From positions 2,790,001 through 2,854,000 of the forward strand of contig OZ176057.1 of the NCBI GenBank assembly GCA_964247055.1: 64,000 nucleotides of DNA, written 5' to 3'. Every line of letters starts with the position of its first letter. The stretch's first letter is position 1. Of this stretch, positions 27,190 to 41,400 are shown one piece after another. The position numbers were made by a program, and so were the translations under genes. Under the pieces are notes generated by a model, which was not told the origin of the DNA, searched no databases, and worked only from the letters and a program-made list of their open reading frames with translations. Origin of the DNA: Paragordius varius (taxonomy: Eukaryota > Animalia > Nematomorpha).

Positions 27190-28480
27190 GGCAAATATTG
27201 GGTGAAACGTGCATAAAAAGGAATATTTTTGACATTGTGTATATAAATAATAAAAATGATATGTATAATTTTGTCCGGTTTAATGAGTGTAATATGTCCA
27301 TAATGTAATGCTCTAAGATTAAAAAATTAACCCAAAGGGTTGGGAATCAGGTAAGGTATATTTACCACCATTCAGAATTTACCCACAACATTAAATAATT
27401 TAGTCGGTAATACTCCTGATTCCATACATTTTTATTTAAATATTAGGATGCCCAGGATGCTCTCGCGTATGTGGCACAATGTGGGCTCCCAGATATTTTT
27501 ATTGCATTTACATGTAATCCTATTTGGGAATCTATAAAAGTTCTCCTACTCCCTGGACAGGCCCCAAAAGATAGGTACGACATCACAGCTCGAGTGTTTA
27601 AGCAAAAGCTTAGATCTTTATTTGAATATATAGTTAAATTAGATGTGTTTGGTGAAGTGCAATGTTGGATGTACTCAGTCGAGTGGCAAAGGGGACTACC
27701 ACATGCACATATATTGATTTGGCTTTAGTCCAAAATAAAGTCAGGTGAAATAGATTCTGTTATATCCGCTAAAATAGCTGATCGAGGCTGTTATGAAATA
27801 TATAATACATGGACTCTGTAACGAATTAAACCCTACGTGCCCATGTATGAAAGATGGAAGATGCTCCAAGCGATATCCCAGGTCTTTATTAACAAATGCG
27901 ATTACAGATAACAATGGAAATCCTTAATACTGAAGAAGAGCTCCAGAGGATGGTGGCAAAACAGCTTTAATTCATCTTAGGAATAGTGACGTAGAAATAG
28001 ATAATCGATGCAATTTTGGCTCAAAAAACCAAAATGTATTTGAAATACATTTGATACACCAAAAATACCACCCCATATTGCACCTAAAGGTAGGAGTTCC
28101 AATAATATTGTTACGCAATACAGCCAAGACTTTGAAATGGCACACGACTCATTGTAAAAAAATTATATTGTAATATAATAGAAGCTACTAGTAAAGGTGA
28201 GAATGAGATCAATCCTCGCATTCCTATGATTCCAATAGATATCCCTTTAAATTTAAAAGATTGCCATTTCCTGTTCACCTGGCCTTCGTAATGACAATAA
28301 ATAAGGCTCAGGGCCAAACTTTAAATTATTGCGGATTAGATTTATCTATAGACTGCTTTTCACACAGGCAATTATATCTTACATAGCTACTATATTAATG
28401 GGACCTTTAAGAAATCAGAATCTTATCATTCCTCGCATTCCTATTTAAAAGATTGCAATTTCCTGTTCAACTCGCCTTCG
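27190..28480 (+). pseudogene. Inverted, deleted RepHel copy inside the Helitron 3' region
   Basis: ORF 27471-27728 (+) mirrors 34053-34379 (-), and ~28040-28480 mirrors ~28780-29100. Confidence 0.85.
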
Positions 28481-30546
28481 CAATGACATGTTGGCATGTG
28501 TATTTGGTTCACACATATATATATATATAATATTTTACATAATCTTCACTCGTAGGTTATCATGAAAGCCTGATCTTTTTGTTAAATAATGCAGTAATAA
28601 TTCATGTTAGATTATCCACAATCTATTTTAAATTGATATTGCCAAAAAATGTATATCTCTTCAAAACTTGGGGCTAAACAACATTTCTTGTTATTCCCTT
28701 ATTTGTAAGTACAAAAAGGCTTTCAGGATTGCCTACGCATGAACACGCAACATATAATTGCCCGTGTGAAAAGCATTCTGTAGATAAATCTAATCTGCAA
28801 AAAGTTAAAGTTTGGCCCTGAGCCTTATTTATTGTCATTGCGAAGGCCAGTTGAACAGGAAATTGCAATTTTTTAAATTGAAATGGGCATCTATTGGAAT
28901 CATAGGAATGCGAGGAATGATAACATTCTCACCTTTAAAAGGTCCCATTTATATAGTAGCTTCTATTATAATACAATATAATTTTTTTACAATGAGTCGT
29001 GTGCCATTGCAAAGTCTTGGCTGATTAATATTGCGTAACAATATTATTGGAACTCCTACCTTTAGGTGCAATATGGGGTGGTATTTTTGGTTTATCATAA
29101 GAATTTAGGAATTGAGTTAGATAATTAACTGCAATTCCTGATTCAATTACCGTATCTATGAATGTATAGGTAAATGCCTCTTGATTAATTTTAGATAAAA
29201 CATAATTGTTTATTTTAAATACATTTTGTTGGGGCCAAAATTACACGGTCGCACAACCAGTCATGATTTTAATGGTTGCTTTGAACATTAGAAAACACAT
29301 TGTTTATTAGCTCCTCTCTTGACGTCATATTTCTACAAAAGTTAGCGGGTAATGTTACTCCCGTATCCATGTTAATTGGTGTTCCATTTCCGATTGCCAA
29401 TAGGTGTTATGAAAAAATATCTGCCGAGGTATTGTTTTGCAAGTGTACACGCATAATTATATTTAAAGTTAAGGTTCTAACATGATTTTATAGAACAGAT
29501 TTTTTAAGGCACGAATTTATTTGGTCAGCTGGGGTAGATCGAGGAATGACAGGCAATGTCTGTCTAAAATCACCGGAAAGTAATATCAAAACATTCCCAA
29601 AAATCTCCCTCCTGCCGCGTAAATCTTGTATTAATTGATCAAGGGCCTCGAGTGATATTTTATGCATCATTGCACATTCATCCCATACAATAATCTTACA
29701 TTGTTGCAACACCTTCCCCATGTCAGATGTTTTTGACACATTGCACATAATATTTTCTTGACGCATATTTAGTGGCAATTTAAGAGCAGAATGAGCCGTC
29801 CTTCCTCCCGGTAATAAGTTAGCAGCTATCCCAGAAGAAGCTAGAGCCAAAGCTATATTTTTTTAATTCTGACAGTTGCCAATATAAGCTTCAAAAGAAA
29901 CGTTGTACCAGTCCCCCATGGTGCATCCAAAAAATATATCCCACCAACATCATTAGAAATATCTCGCATTATTTTATCGTATATTATCCTTTGTTCGTGT
30001 GTTAGTTTGGATAAATTACAATATAGATAGGAATGTCTTCAATTTATACCAAAGCGTCATTAAAAATTTTTGTTTCATCGTTTTTATTTGCACCAAGAGA
30101 TCCTCAGACATCTGTTTTTTATATTTTTCCCATAGCTCTGCCGGTGATGAAGGTGAACAAAACTTTAATATAATTGCAAACAAAGTACGCATTTGATTAG
30201 GCACGCCTCATGGATACATAGCTCTAAATGTTGATCATTTTCCAACAAATTGATCGCCTGGCATCCGCGAAACGTAGGATGTAAAACACCGTTTACGGTA
30301 TTTAAATAATCAAATGATGACGGTCCTCTCACATTTATCAATAATAGACGAAGAAAAAAACATTCGTCCTGGTTGTGATGAACCATATATAATCTACCTA
30401 ATGCCGCACCTTTATATATACCAGAATAGGCACTAACTGGGATCCCCGCTTGCGCCGTTCAAATTCTCTCTTACCATATGTTATAGGAAGGTATATCGGA
30501 ATAAAGCAATGTTTTCGCAAAGGCATCCTTTTGGCATAACTTAAAT

Positions 30547-33241
30547 CAGTGATACTCAAACCGCGCGCGGGAGTTCTTTAAATTTGCCCTATGATCATAT
30601 TGATACTTAATTATTTTTTTTATTGATAAATTTTTAAAATACACATAAACGAATTTTCGCTTAATTTAATATTAATTAATTTACTTTAAATTTAATTTTA
30701 ACGATTTTTATTTTTTACCAAATTTGAAATGTAGAAAAATTTCCCTACATTAAAATGATTTTGGCACAGGTTATTTCTGTTTCTGCATTCTATTTTTTTT
30801 TTGAAATTTTTATTGCAGTCCTTTTTGTATTTAAGCACTTCCACCCTAACTTGCATATACATATTTCATTCCTGCATCATTTTTCACAACTTATTATAAT
30901 TCAAATTATATTACCATTTTTTTGAAAAAAATTACATAATATTTAAGCACAAATTCAAAGGATGACATTCAATGCTAAAAAACGTAAATCATCCGATGAA
31001 AATCACTACTTTAAAAAAGAATGGAAAAATTCTTTGTCGTTTTAAATAAAAATGCGGTTACCTGCCTTATATGTAAGGACAAAATAATTATAAAAAAAAT
31101 ACAATATTGAAAGACATTTTACAATCCATCATCTCATAAATTACTAGAAAATCATGAGGAAAGAAACGAAAAATATAAAAAGATTAAGGAATCATATCAG
31201 AAAGAAAAATCTATTATGTCCATAGCTTATTCTCCCAGGAAAAAGCTGTAACATTAGCTTCGTATGAAATTTGCTATATCTCAAGAAATATGAAACCGTT
31301 TACTGATTCCCCACTAACAAAAGAATGTTTAATAAATGGTTGCACTTTTTATTTGACAAATCATGAGATAACTTAAAAAACTTCAACTTTCTTCAACATG
31401 TGCTCGAGGCATTGAAGATATGTCTAAATATATTTTCAACGATACATTATTGGCTTTGAAAAACTACAAATATTTTAGTATTGCTATTGATTCTAGCGCT
31501 GATATTAATTCAACCTCAATGTGTGATCTTCTTGAGATTTTGCAACGATAACTTAAATGAAGAATATTTTAAATTTTTATCAATGAATAATACCACAAAG
31601 CAAGGGATTTTCTTGAATAATTAGCACTTTTCTGGAAAATAGTGGTAGAAAAAATTGGTTTCGATCTGCAGAGAGGGCTGTCCCTCTATGATTGGAATAA
31701 ACAAAGGATTTATTCCTCATTTGAAAAATAAATATAATTTGCAAAATATTTTATCCTTTCACAGCTTTATTCATCAGCAAAACTTGATTTCGCGTGTAAA
31801 AGATGAATCACTGAATTCAGTAATTAAAACGGTCGTGGATATAGTTAACCACATCCTTGGCAGATAATTTAACTGCCGTAAATTCAAAAACCTTCTGAAA
31901 GATATCCACAGTGAGTTTGCAATATTCTTTTGTGCAGCGCTGTGAGATGGCTAAGCCTTACCAAAGTATTAATTAGATTTTTTGTTTTAAGACATGAAAT
32001 TCTATCATTTATGAATAACAGAAAGTTTGACGAGGAAATTAATAGTGACAAATGGTGGGTTTTATTGGCCTACCTTTGCGACATTACTTATAAACTTAGT
32101 TTTTTTAATACAATTTTTTAAGGAAGCAAAATAACCAAATTTGCTAAACAAATATTTGCTTTTGAAAAATAATAATAATATATTCATAAGTAAAACACTT
32201 AAAACGATTCATAAAGAAAATATGTTTACCGCGGAGATTATTTTAATAATAGACAATCATTTAGTATTTTTATCTAATGATGGAATTCACTTTTCAAAAA
32301 TTAGAAATATTAAAAATTGCTTAAAACTCGTTGAAAATCCATGGCATATGGATATATCCAATATACTTAGTTTTTTTGAAAAAAATGGCATTTTACGGGG
32401 TAAGCTGGTAAAAAGAGGACCTAAATAAAAAAAGCGAGCCGTCTATGTTCAACGCAATCGAAAATATGTAAGAAATCATATTTGAAATCGGATAGTTCAA
32501 TTTCGGAAAATTGTTATGGACTTCTGTTTTCAAAAAACCCGTTTTTTACAAGGGGTGACCAAACTGAGGGCCTAATTCAAAAAAAGGCGAAACTATTGTC
32601 GGGGCATTCATCAATGATTAAATTTTTTCGACATTTGAATTTGAATGTATCTACCGGTTTTCCAACATGTCACAAAGCCACCACTTTCCATTTTTATAAA
32701 TTAGATTAAGGAAATTGAGAATTTCGCTTTTGGGATATCATTGAAGCATTTGTAGATTTTAAAAATGATTCCAATTCAGAGGCTATATTCAAGGAGAATC
32801 GTTGGGAAGAAAGATATGTAGGGTTTTGGCAAGATGTGCCAAATAAATATGAAAATATAAAAAATCTAGTTATCCTAATGTTTTCCCTAAACTTACACGA
32901 CTGAGACGGCATATTCAAAAATGAAAATCGATTATCCGATGATAATATGGACGACGTATTAAGAGTGGCCTGTCATGAGGCGAAACCAAATTTGTCAAAA
33001 ATTATTGGTTAATATCAAAATAAATGTTGTTATCAAAATACTTTAATTTTTTAAACTTAATGGTGCAAAACGAGTTTTTAGCTGGATTTACATGCCATCC
33101 GCAAAAAAATCATTGTGGTGATTTAAAGCTATGTGCGTATGTGTCAAATAGCTATGGAATATTTGCCATTATAAGGTTCATGGCCCTCGAAAAAAAATAT
33201 ATTTTATTTGGCCCGTCAAATTTTTTTGGTGAGTACCACTG
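30547..33241 (+). mobile_element. hAT (Buster/SPIN/GTF2IRD2-like) transposon, decayed, copy 1
   Basis: TIR CAGTGATACTCA / TGAGTACCACTG. Perfect 8-bp TSD ACTTAAAT (30539-30546, 33242-33249). Transposase remnants YFSIAIDSS, GCPSMIG, FHSFIHQQNL, AVRWLS. Confidence 0.93.
32371..32705 (-). mobile_element. Helitron 5'-terminal fragment inserted in the hAT element
   Basis: Same family as 10362-10723. Absent at the homologous position of hAT copy 2 (~56640). Confidence 0.75.
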
Positions 33242-36200
33242 ACTTAAATAAAGCAGTTAAAGTAGTATCTAGTGGATTTCTAGCTACCTCTATGGCATTA
33301 GAAGGTGTAAAATCGACACGTTGCTCATTTTCTAAATGTATTGCTAAATGAACAACTGTAGGGCTACGTTCATATATAGGAAACAAAAATATTCGCCAAA
33401 CAGCTTCACTGCTGCTTATATATCTTCCTGACTGATACTGGGGTATTTCATCTTAAATATTTTCACTTCCAATATCGAATTGGAGAAAAACAGCCATATC
33501 GCTGCCTTTATTTATATACTTGCAAATGTTTTTGATTGATTTTGCAGAATTGCAATATTCTACGTTTATGTGACCTTTAAAGGTTTTTAACAATAAGGGG
33601 CTAAGGAATCACCCATCGATTATCTATTTCTACGTCACCATTCCTAAGATGCATTAAAGCTGTTTTGCCACCATCCTCTGGAACTCTTCTTCTGCTTAAA
33701 GGATGTCCATTGTTATCTGTAATCGTATGTGTTAATAAAGACCTGGGATATCGCTTGGAGCATCTTCCATCTTTTATACATGGGCACCTAGGGTTTAATT
33801 CGTTACAGGGTCCATCTATCATATATTTCATAATAGCCACATTTAAATCTTTATCAGTCGAGGATCAGGTATTTCAGCGGATATAACAGAATCTATCTCA
33901 CTTGACTTTATTTTGGAATAAAGCCAAATCAATATATGTGCATGTTGTAGTTTCCTTTACCACTCGACTGAGTACATACTAGATTGCACTGCACCAAACA
34001 CATCTAATTTAACTATATATTCAATTAAGGATCTAAGCTTTTGCTTAAACACTCAAGCTGTGATGTCTTGCCTATCTTTTGGGGCCTGTCCAGGGAGTAG
34101 GAGAACTTTTATAGATTCCCAAATAGGATTACATGTAAATGTAATAAAAATATCTGGGCACCCACATTGTGCCACATACGCGAAAGCATCCTGGGCATAT
34201 TCATGCATATGGCGAGGACTACCTATGTATGAAGATGGTAGTATTGTATATCTCCCAATATTGTTGATATTATATTCATTAATTATAGCATCTCGTAAGT
34301 GTATATATTTTTCAGAACGAAGTTTAGGCTGATTTAACCGAAGATATAACATACGTTCTGTTTCTATTTTTGCATACATATCTACAATGTATTGGTGAAA
34401 TAATTGTCTGCATCTTAAAATATGAATATCCTGACATTAATCGATACGAATAATATTTCATTGCGCTACATTTTTTATTAGTTTTTTGTTTAGTGATAGG
34501 ATTAATTATCTTATTTAAATTATATCCATCTGTGCCATCCAAGAATAATAGTGGATATTGTAGTGGATCGTAACATCTATGAGTTTCAGACACATTTTTC
34601 AGGTTATTGTTTCTCAGGTGAACAATATCTCTTGAATAAAATTGATCGCCGTCCATAACAATTGCTACCTCATCCATTGTAGGAGCATTAAATCTGCGTT
34701 CATGTTGGCCATGAGGCACTTTGTCGGCATGATTAACAATTTTATGCGTACCCACGGCATCATATCTATAGCCAATTTCACCAACTGATTTTGATGATGT
34801 AATAGTTCCTGTAACTGCAATAATATTGGCCTCTTGAGATTGATAAAATTATTGCAACGGATACCAAGTTCAACGGTATCATCACCAACAAAATATATTT
34901 GTAAAAATTTGTGATCACTCCCTTGTTGTGGAAGCAAAGAACATGCTTTATGATAGATTTGACCTTTCACTTTAAAAGTTAGCTCATTAGTTGGTACTAT
35001 ATCAGCTCCAAACGATGTCATTTGAAAGCAGGAATTGTATGCCCTAATATTTTGCAAAAAATGTTAAGAATCAGAAGTATTATCGGCTAGAAGATTTTTT
35101 AATGTCATGGGTAAACTCTGAAATGGTGGTGAATGCACCTTACCTGATGCACAACATAGCCCTTTGGAATCATTTTTAAATCTTAAAGCATTACAATAGG
35201 ACCATATTATACTCATGGAACCATTGTCATCTTTTCGTAATGAGTGATAGTCAATATCTGTTTCATAGCAAAAGGCTAAACGAATGTATTCCTGGTTACC
35301 ATCCTTTACCATAGGTGTGTAATTTTCATGATGGGTCCTAAGGATAAAAAGGTAGAAGCTTTTTTATATTGATAATACAAATGAAATAGCTATTAGCATG
35401 CATGGTCCATCAGCCGCATGCGATCCGCTTTTTGGCTCTTGATTTAAAATTAATATTATAAAATAATGGATTAGGAGTGCACGATACAACTCAGAGAACA
35501 TTTTTATACATAATAATCACACATATATAAGACATTTAAAAATGGTAATAAATGCAGTGATTCACGGTATTAAGTATCATATAGATCACAAATATAATAT
35601 ATATATTGCTACAAAACTTATTTGAATTACCGTTGACATTTGTGTTGATTGATAAGCACAATTTAATTAGTGAAAATTTAACAAATATCTACACCTTAAT
35701 AATTTTTTGGCATTAGATAGTTGAGTATCTATGTTTAATAATTATATTATATGATGTAAGAAACATATAAGGCAAAGTTATTTAATGGTTATTTTATTAA
35801 ATATCCATAATATGGTGATTAACGCATTTACAACTTCTAACACCAAACCCTATATAAGAATATATATTTGGGACGGGTAGGTTTGTGCAATGTTATTGTT
35901 GGAAGTTGATGCGCCCCTCACCTTGTACAAATGCATATAATCAACCCGTAACTTATACCATATCTCTGAAAAACATATATAACCTCTGATTCTCCATTAG
36001 TGGAAGATTTAGAGCTGCTATTAAATTAGTTTGGCATTTTTTTCGTTTCATCTTCTGAGTTGTACAACGTTTGGCTATTGATACAGAAGGCGCATAAAAT
36101 TTTCTGCACAAAATATTAAAAATTGTTTGTTTATAATAAAAAGATGAATATTTTAAAGCTTTCAAAGTACGTCGAAAAAGTAGATTTAAATTCTATTTAA

Positions 36201-38209
36201 GATATTCTATTATTTGGGGTTTCTTTATTATTAGTAAGTGATAAAGCGTTGTGTTGAATATGATTGATGTTTGAATGATGATCGATTTCATTTATTAAAT
36301 ATTGTTTTTTTTGGAGTGAATAATAGCTTTTTTCTTTTAACTGTATGTGAACCATTGCTAAAACACCATATATAAATTTTCTGATATAGAAGAATTTTAT
36401 TTTCTGTAGATATATATAAATACGAAACACTAATAGTAAACCATACCCCTTTTTGAGAGTGGCAACTATATGTGGAGCCTCATTTTTTCTTAGTGTATGA
36501 TTTGGAGGTTGTTTTTTCGATCTTTGTTTGATAGCAGAGCTTTTCTGGGTATAAAATGCCTAAAAAGAAATATATGGTTAAATAAGCTGTATTCGAAAGA
36601 AGGATTATATTTTTACTTTTCAGGAAGACAGCGCTTTTTTTGAGTATTCAGTTTTTTAATTCTTTCGCTTTTACGTATTTTTGTGGACTTCAAAATGCCT
36701 ATTGCACGTCCTTGATTAATAATATTTGATTTTTTGTTTTTTCTATATATTAAAAATAAGGAAGGGTGATTATTTTTTATGTCATATATATTGTACCAGA
36801 AATAATAATAAATATCATACTTATTATCAAGCTTGTACTAGGCATTTCTGTCAAAATCTGATACGTTTTTTGTTTAATGAGTTCGGCGCTTGCATTGGGC
36901 AGTCCATCGGTTTCTGTGAAAATCCCTCGTTCATCATACATATATGAATTTTTGTTTTTTCTATACATTAGAAATCGGGTGAATAAATGTCAATATTGCA
37001 TACCAAAATTATTAATAGAAAATATCATACTTATTATGTTCCGCGCTTGTACTGGGTATTTCTGTCAAAATCTGATATCGTGGAAACATTCATTCAATAT
37101 GTTCTTATTTTTATAAGAATGGTTTTAAAACTAATATTATTTCAATGATAGGGCATTTTTTCAGGCGTAAAGGGCCTATTTAACCGCTAATTTAAAAAAC
37201 CGCTGGTCCAAACGGGTATTATTCAGGCCTTTATTAAACTTATGTGGCCTGATAAGTTTTTTGAAAAACAACACCAAAATAACGCAAATTTGATATAGTG
37301 TCGCAGTTTTAGGCGGGTAGCTCCATTCCCATAAGCTGTTACAAAAAAAGCGCCTGATTAAAATTTTTACCTTGAGAATAGCTGAAATCATTGATTCCAT
37401 ATGCTCTTATTAGTTTTTGAAAAAATTGTCTCAAAGGTAAAAAATCATTCTATGGTGGCGCATTTTTCAGGGCGTGTAGGGCCTAATTAAGGGCTAATTT
37501 TAAAAAACCGCAAAATGTAAATTTTCGTCATGCGGGTAATATTTTTAGCAGCTATTGAACTCATATGGCATGATAAGTTTTCTGAAATTTAGCTCCAATA
37601 GCACGCAATTTGGTATGACGGGTGGGTTTTTAGCGGGCATATCCTTACCCAGCAGCTATCATTAAAGAAACGCTTGACGAAATTCTTTGCTTTTTAACAG
37701 GGATTAGCTGGAAGAATTTTTACGGTTTCATACCTTAAGCGAAAAATACATTCAAAAAATTATTTTGGTGGACTTTGTTTTTTGAAAAAAGTGGCATTTT
37801 ACGGAGGGAGCGGGTATAAAGAGGGCCTAAATTAAAAAAGCGAGGCGACTTCGGCGCAATCGAAAATAAGTAAACAAAAATCATATTTGAAATTGAATGG
37901 TCCAACACGTTCTCCGGAAAATTGTCTCAAAGACACGATTTTTGTGGACTTCTGTTTTCAAAAAACGCGTTTTTTACACGGGGTGGGCCCGAACTGGGGG
38001 CCTAATTCAAAAAAAGGCGAAGCTATTGTCGCGGCATTCATTAATGATTATATTTTTTCGATGTTTGGGTTTGAATGGGTCTACCGGTTTTCCGGTACCA
38101 GATCACAAAGCCACCACTTTCCATTTTTATAAATATATAGATGAAGATATAAATTGTAAATTTTACGTGCATTCCGAAAATACAGTGTATATATATATAT
38201 ATATATATA

Positions 38210-38355
38210 TACTGTGTGCAAAAAAGAAGGTCGTTTTGATTTAACGAAATTTTTTTTCATTAGATAGCTTATGACCAGTGAATTCGTTTGCCGCAAAAAT
38301 TTTTATTTGTTGACAACCTAGTTTTTGAAATATTGAGAGAAAATCAAATAAGTCC
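38210..38355. mobile_element. Left-arm fragment of the CACTGTG foldback family
   Basis: ACTGTGTGCAAAAAAGAAGGTC...GAAATATTGAGAGAAA matches 40191-40325. Confidence 0.75.
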
Positions 38356-38427
38356 TATTTATAACTGAATGAGTGGAATCATAAAAAAATGTTTGAATGT
38401 TATGATATGCTAATTTTTTAATAAAAG

Positions 38428-41400
38428 TATACAACCAGCGAGCAGTAAGATTAAGGCCATTCGCGAATGTCCAGCCCCTAAAGATAAAACAAGTCTCCGA
38501 TCGTTTTTGGACCTTTTAAACTTTCATTCGCGATTTATACCTTTTCTGAAAACAATTGTCAACGAACTTCATCAGCTAGCTGGTTCCAAAAAGAAATGGT
38601 GTTGGACAGATATACATCAAAATATTTTTGAAAGGGCTAAGTTGTTAATAGGGAATAACAGCCGTCTCTTTCCTTTTAACCCAAGACTTTCCCTTATTTA
38701 GAAACAGATGCATCTGGGGAATGGTTCGGAGCCATCCTGTCGCACAAGACGTCATTTTTCCAAAAAATGTTCCCCAGCTGAAAAATTATTCGGTTATAGA
38801 AAAAGAGGCAAAAGTCATTGTATTGGCCCTAGAGAAATTATAAACATTTTTATATGGTAGAAAATTCGATATTAGAACAGACCATAAACCTATAATCAAA
38901 TTATTCGGGCATTAACGTGTATTAGGCGAGTCAAACAATGGTAAATTGCTAAGATGGATTTCAAAAACATCCGTTTTCGACTTCAACATAATGTACTACC
39001 CAGGAACCAAAAATCTAGCAGACTCACTATCAAGACTACCAACAGAGATAACCGAAGAGTGTGACAATGACGAGGATATACCGCGGAAAGTCCGGTTGCT
39101 ATGGTGTCAGGAGTTAAACTTAAACAAGGACAGGGTGCTTAAGGAAACTATGAGCGATGAGGTGTGTAAACAGATTAAAGCAGCAGGAAAGACCAATGAT
39201 TGGTCTAATCCCGGGGTACAGTCCTATAAACCACTGAGAAACAATATCGAGGAATCATACGGCTATATCAAGGTGACCGTCTTATTGTTCCTCAAAGCAT
39301 GAGGGTCGATATTCTTACTTATCTTCTTAAAGATCACCCTGGTATCCAGTCCATGAAATCGCAAAATGGGTGCAAGGATGTTTAAGTTGTCGAAAGTCAC
39401 GGTTCAACATTGCAATAAGCCCGGCTTATAAATGGAACCCGAACACCACCGTTTGGGAGCGATTGCATCTCGATATAGCGGGGCCCGTAGATAACCTCTA
39501 CTGGGTCATACTTATAGATCACTGTACCCGTTGGGTGGAAGTGGCACAGCTTAAAATAGTAAACCCGATCATTATTTTCAAAGTTTTAGAAAGTTGGTTT
39601 GCACGATACGGAACCCCAGAGATGATTGTAACTGATAATGCGTCGTATTTTAAGTCCGGTGATTTTGTAAGAATATTAAGTTCTTCTAATATCAAGCATG
39701 TAACTTCTGCGCCATACCACCCTCGTACAAATGGTTTAGTGGAAAGGGTCATTCAAACCTTGAATGCACTATGATATGTGTAATTCTGAAGTAACAGATC
39801 CAGAACGCCGGTAAAACCAGGTACTGTGGGCTCACAGGTCAGCACATCACAATAGTATAAATGAGACACCTGCACGATTATTTGTAAAATGAAATTTGCC
39901 GACACTGTCTTGGATGAAAGGAAAACCAAAGGTTTATATTGATGTACCTCAGATAGTATACGTGAGTTCGTTCCGGGTGAGAAAGTGTTATAAAGATTGA
40001 GTTAGAAGCCGGTTGGCGAGAGGGAAAAGTAGTATAATGGACTGAATTATTGTCATACAATATCGAAGATAGAGGTATGGTTTTACAAAAACATACTGAT
40101 CAATTAAGAGGGCAAAAAGAAGGTCCAGATGAACTTAAGCAAGCCGACCAGAAAGAATTGGAATCGGAACAACAGAATAATAATAATAACACTGTGTGCA
40201 AAAAAGAGGGTCATTTTGATTTAACGAAAAAAATTTTTTTTCATGAGATAGCTTGTGACCAGTGAATTCATTTGCCACCAAAATTATTATTTGTTGACAA
40301 TAGGTTTGAAATATTAAGAGAAATCGAAATCGGGCAAAAAGTGAAAATTAAGGATAATTAAGGATAATTCAAAAATAATGATAAAATTTGAAATATTATG
40401 GTTTATTATCATTTTAGGAGATATTTTCAATATATAAATACCCTAAAATCACTTAGTCAGGGTTTCTAAAAAATTTCAGCTCAAAAGATGGCGTTTTTCT
40501 TTTATCAAACTTAAAAGACAAAAAAGATTAAATGAATATATATTAAAATAATTTTTTTTAATCATTTACTACCTATATCAAAATCTTAACATTCATATTT
40601 TATTCAGTAAAAAATGCTTGTTTATTAAAATAAAACCAAAAATTGTCTTTTATTTTTACATTTTTTGTCATCTTGTGAGTGTATAAAAAATTAATACTGT
40701 TTTATTTTGGAATCTTACATGAGTGCGAATTATAAAATATATAATTTATGCAAAATAGGATTTAAAATTATTGGAATATTAACCAACAATCCGTACAAAT
40801 CCCAATACAAATATTAATTTGTCATAAAACAGACTTGTTACAGGGATTCGTAAGGATTGTTGGTTGATATTCCACTACTTTTGAATCCTATTTTGCATAA
40901 ATTATATCCTTAATAATACCCACTAATGTAAGAATCCAAAATAAAACAGTCTAAATTTTTTATACACTCATAAATTACCTGACAAAAAAATGCAAAAATA
41001 AAAAACAATTTTGGTTTTATTTTGATAAAGAAGTTTTTTTTACTGAATAAAATATGAATGTTAAGATTTTAATAGGGAGTTCAGGTAGTAACTAATTAAA
41101 AAAAATTAATTTAATATTGTGTTATTAAAATTTTTTGTCTTTTGAGTGTTATAAAAGAAAAAAGCCATCTTTTGAGCTGAAATTTTATAGAAACCCTAAC
41201 TATATAATTTTAGGCTATTTATATATTAAAAATATCTCCTATAATAATAATAAACGATAATATTTCAGATTTTATCATTATTTTTTGAATTATCCTTAAT
41301 TATCCTTAATTTTCCCTTTTTGCCCGAGATTTTCTCTTAATATTTCAAAAACTAGGTTGTCAACAAATAAGAATTTTTGCGGCAAACGAATACGGTGGTC

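Larger units (their letters stand above)
26973..38141 (-). mobile_element. Decayed full-length Helitron (RepHel), interrupted by a hAT insertion
   Basis: 5' TC end at 38141 (A|TCTATATATTT). 3' hairpins plus CTAG|T at 26973. Rep fragments (GSPRHMHE, PDIFITFTCNP, HAHILIW) at 33250-35400 and Pif1 helicase fragments (ASSGIAA..LPGGRTAHS, WDEC, GDFRQTLPV, QFPVQLAFAMTINKAQGQT) at 28674-30540. The reading frame continues across the hAT TSD. Confidence 0.85.

Noticed and set aside
35500-37140. Possible captured host gene inside the Helitron 5' half
   Set aside because: Only short low-complexity ORFs and a local ~60-bp duplication; no recognisable exon or domain.
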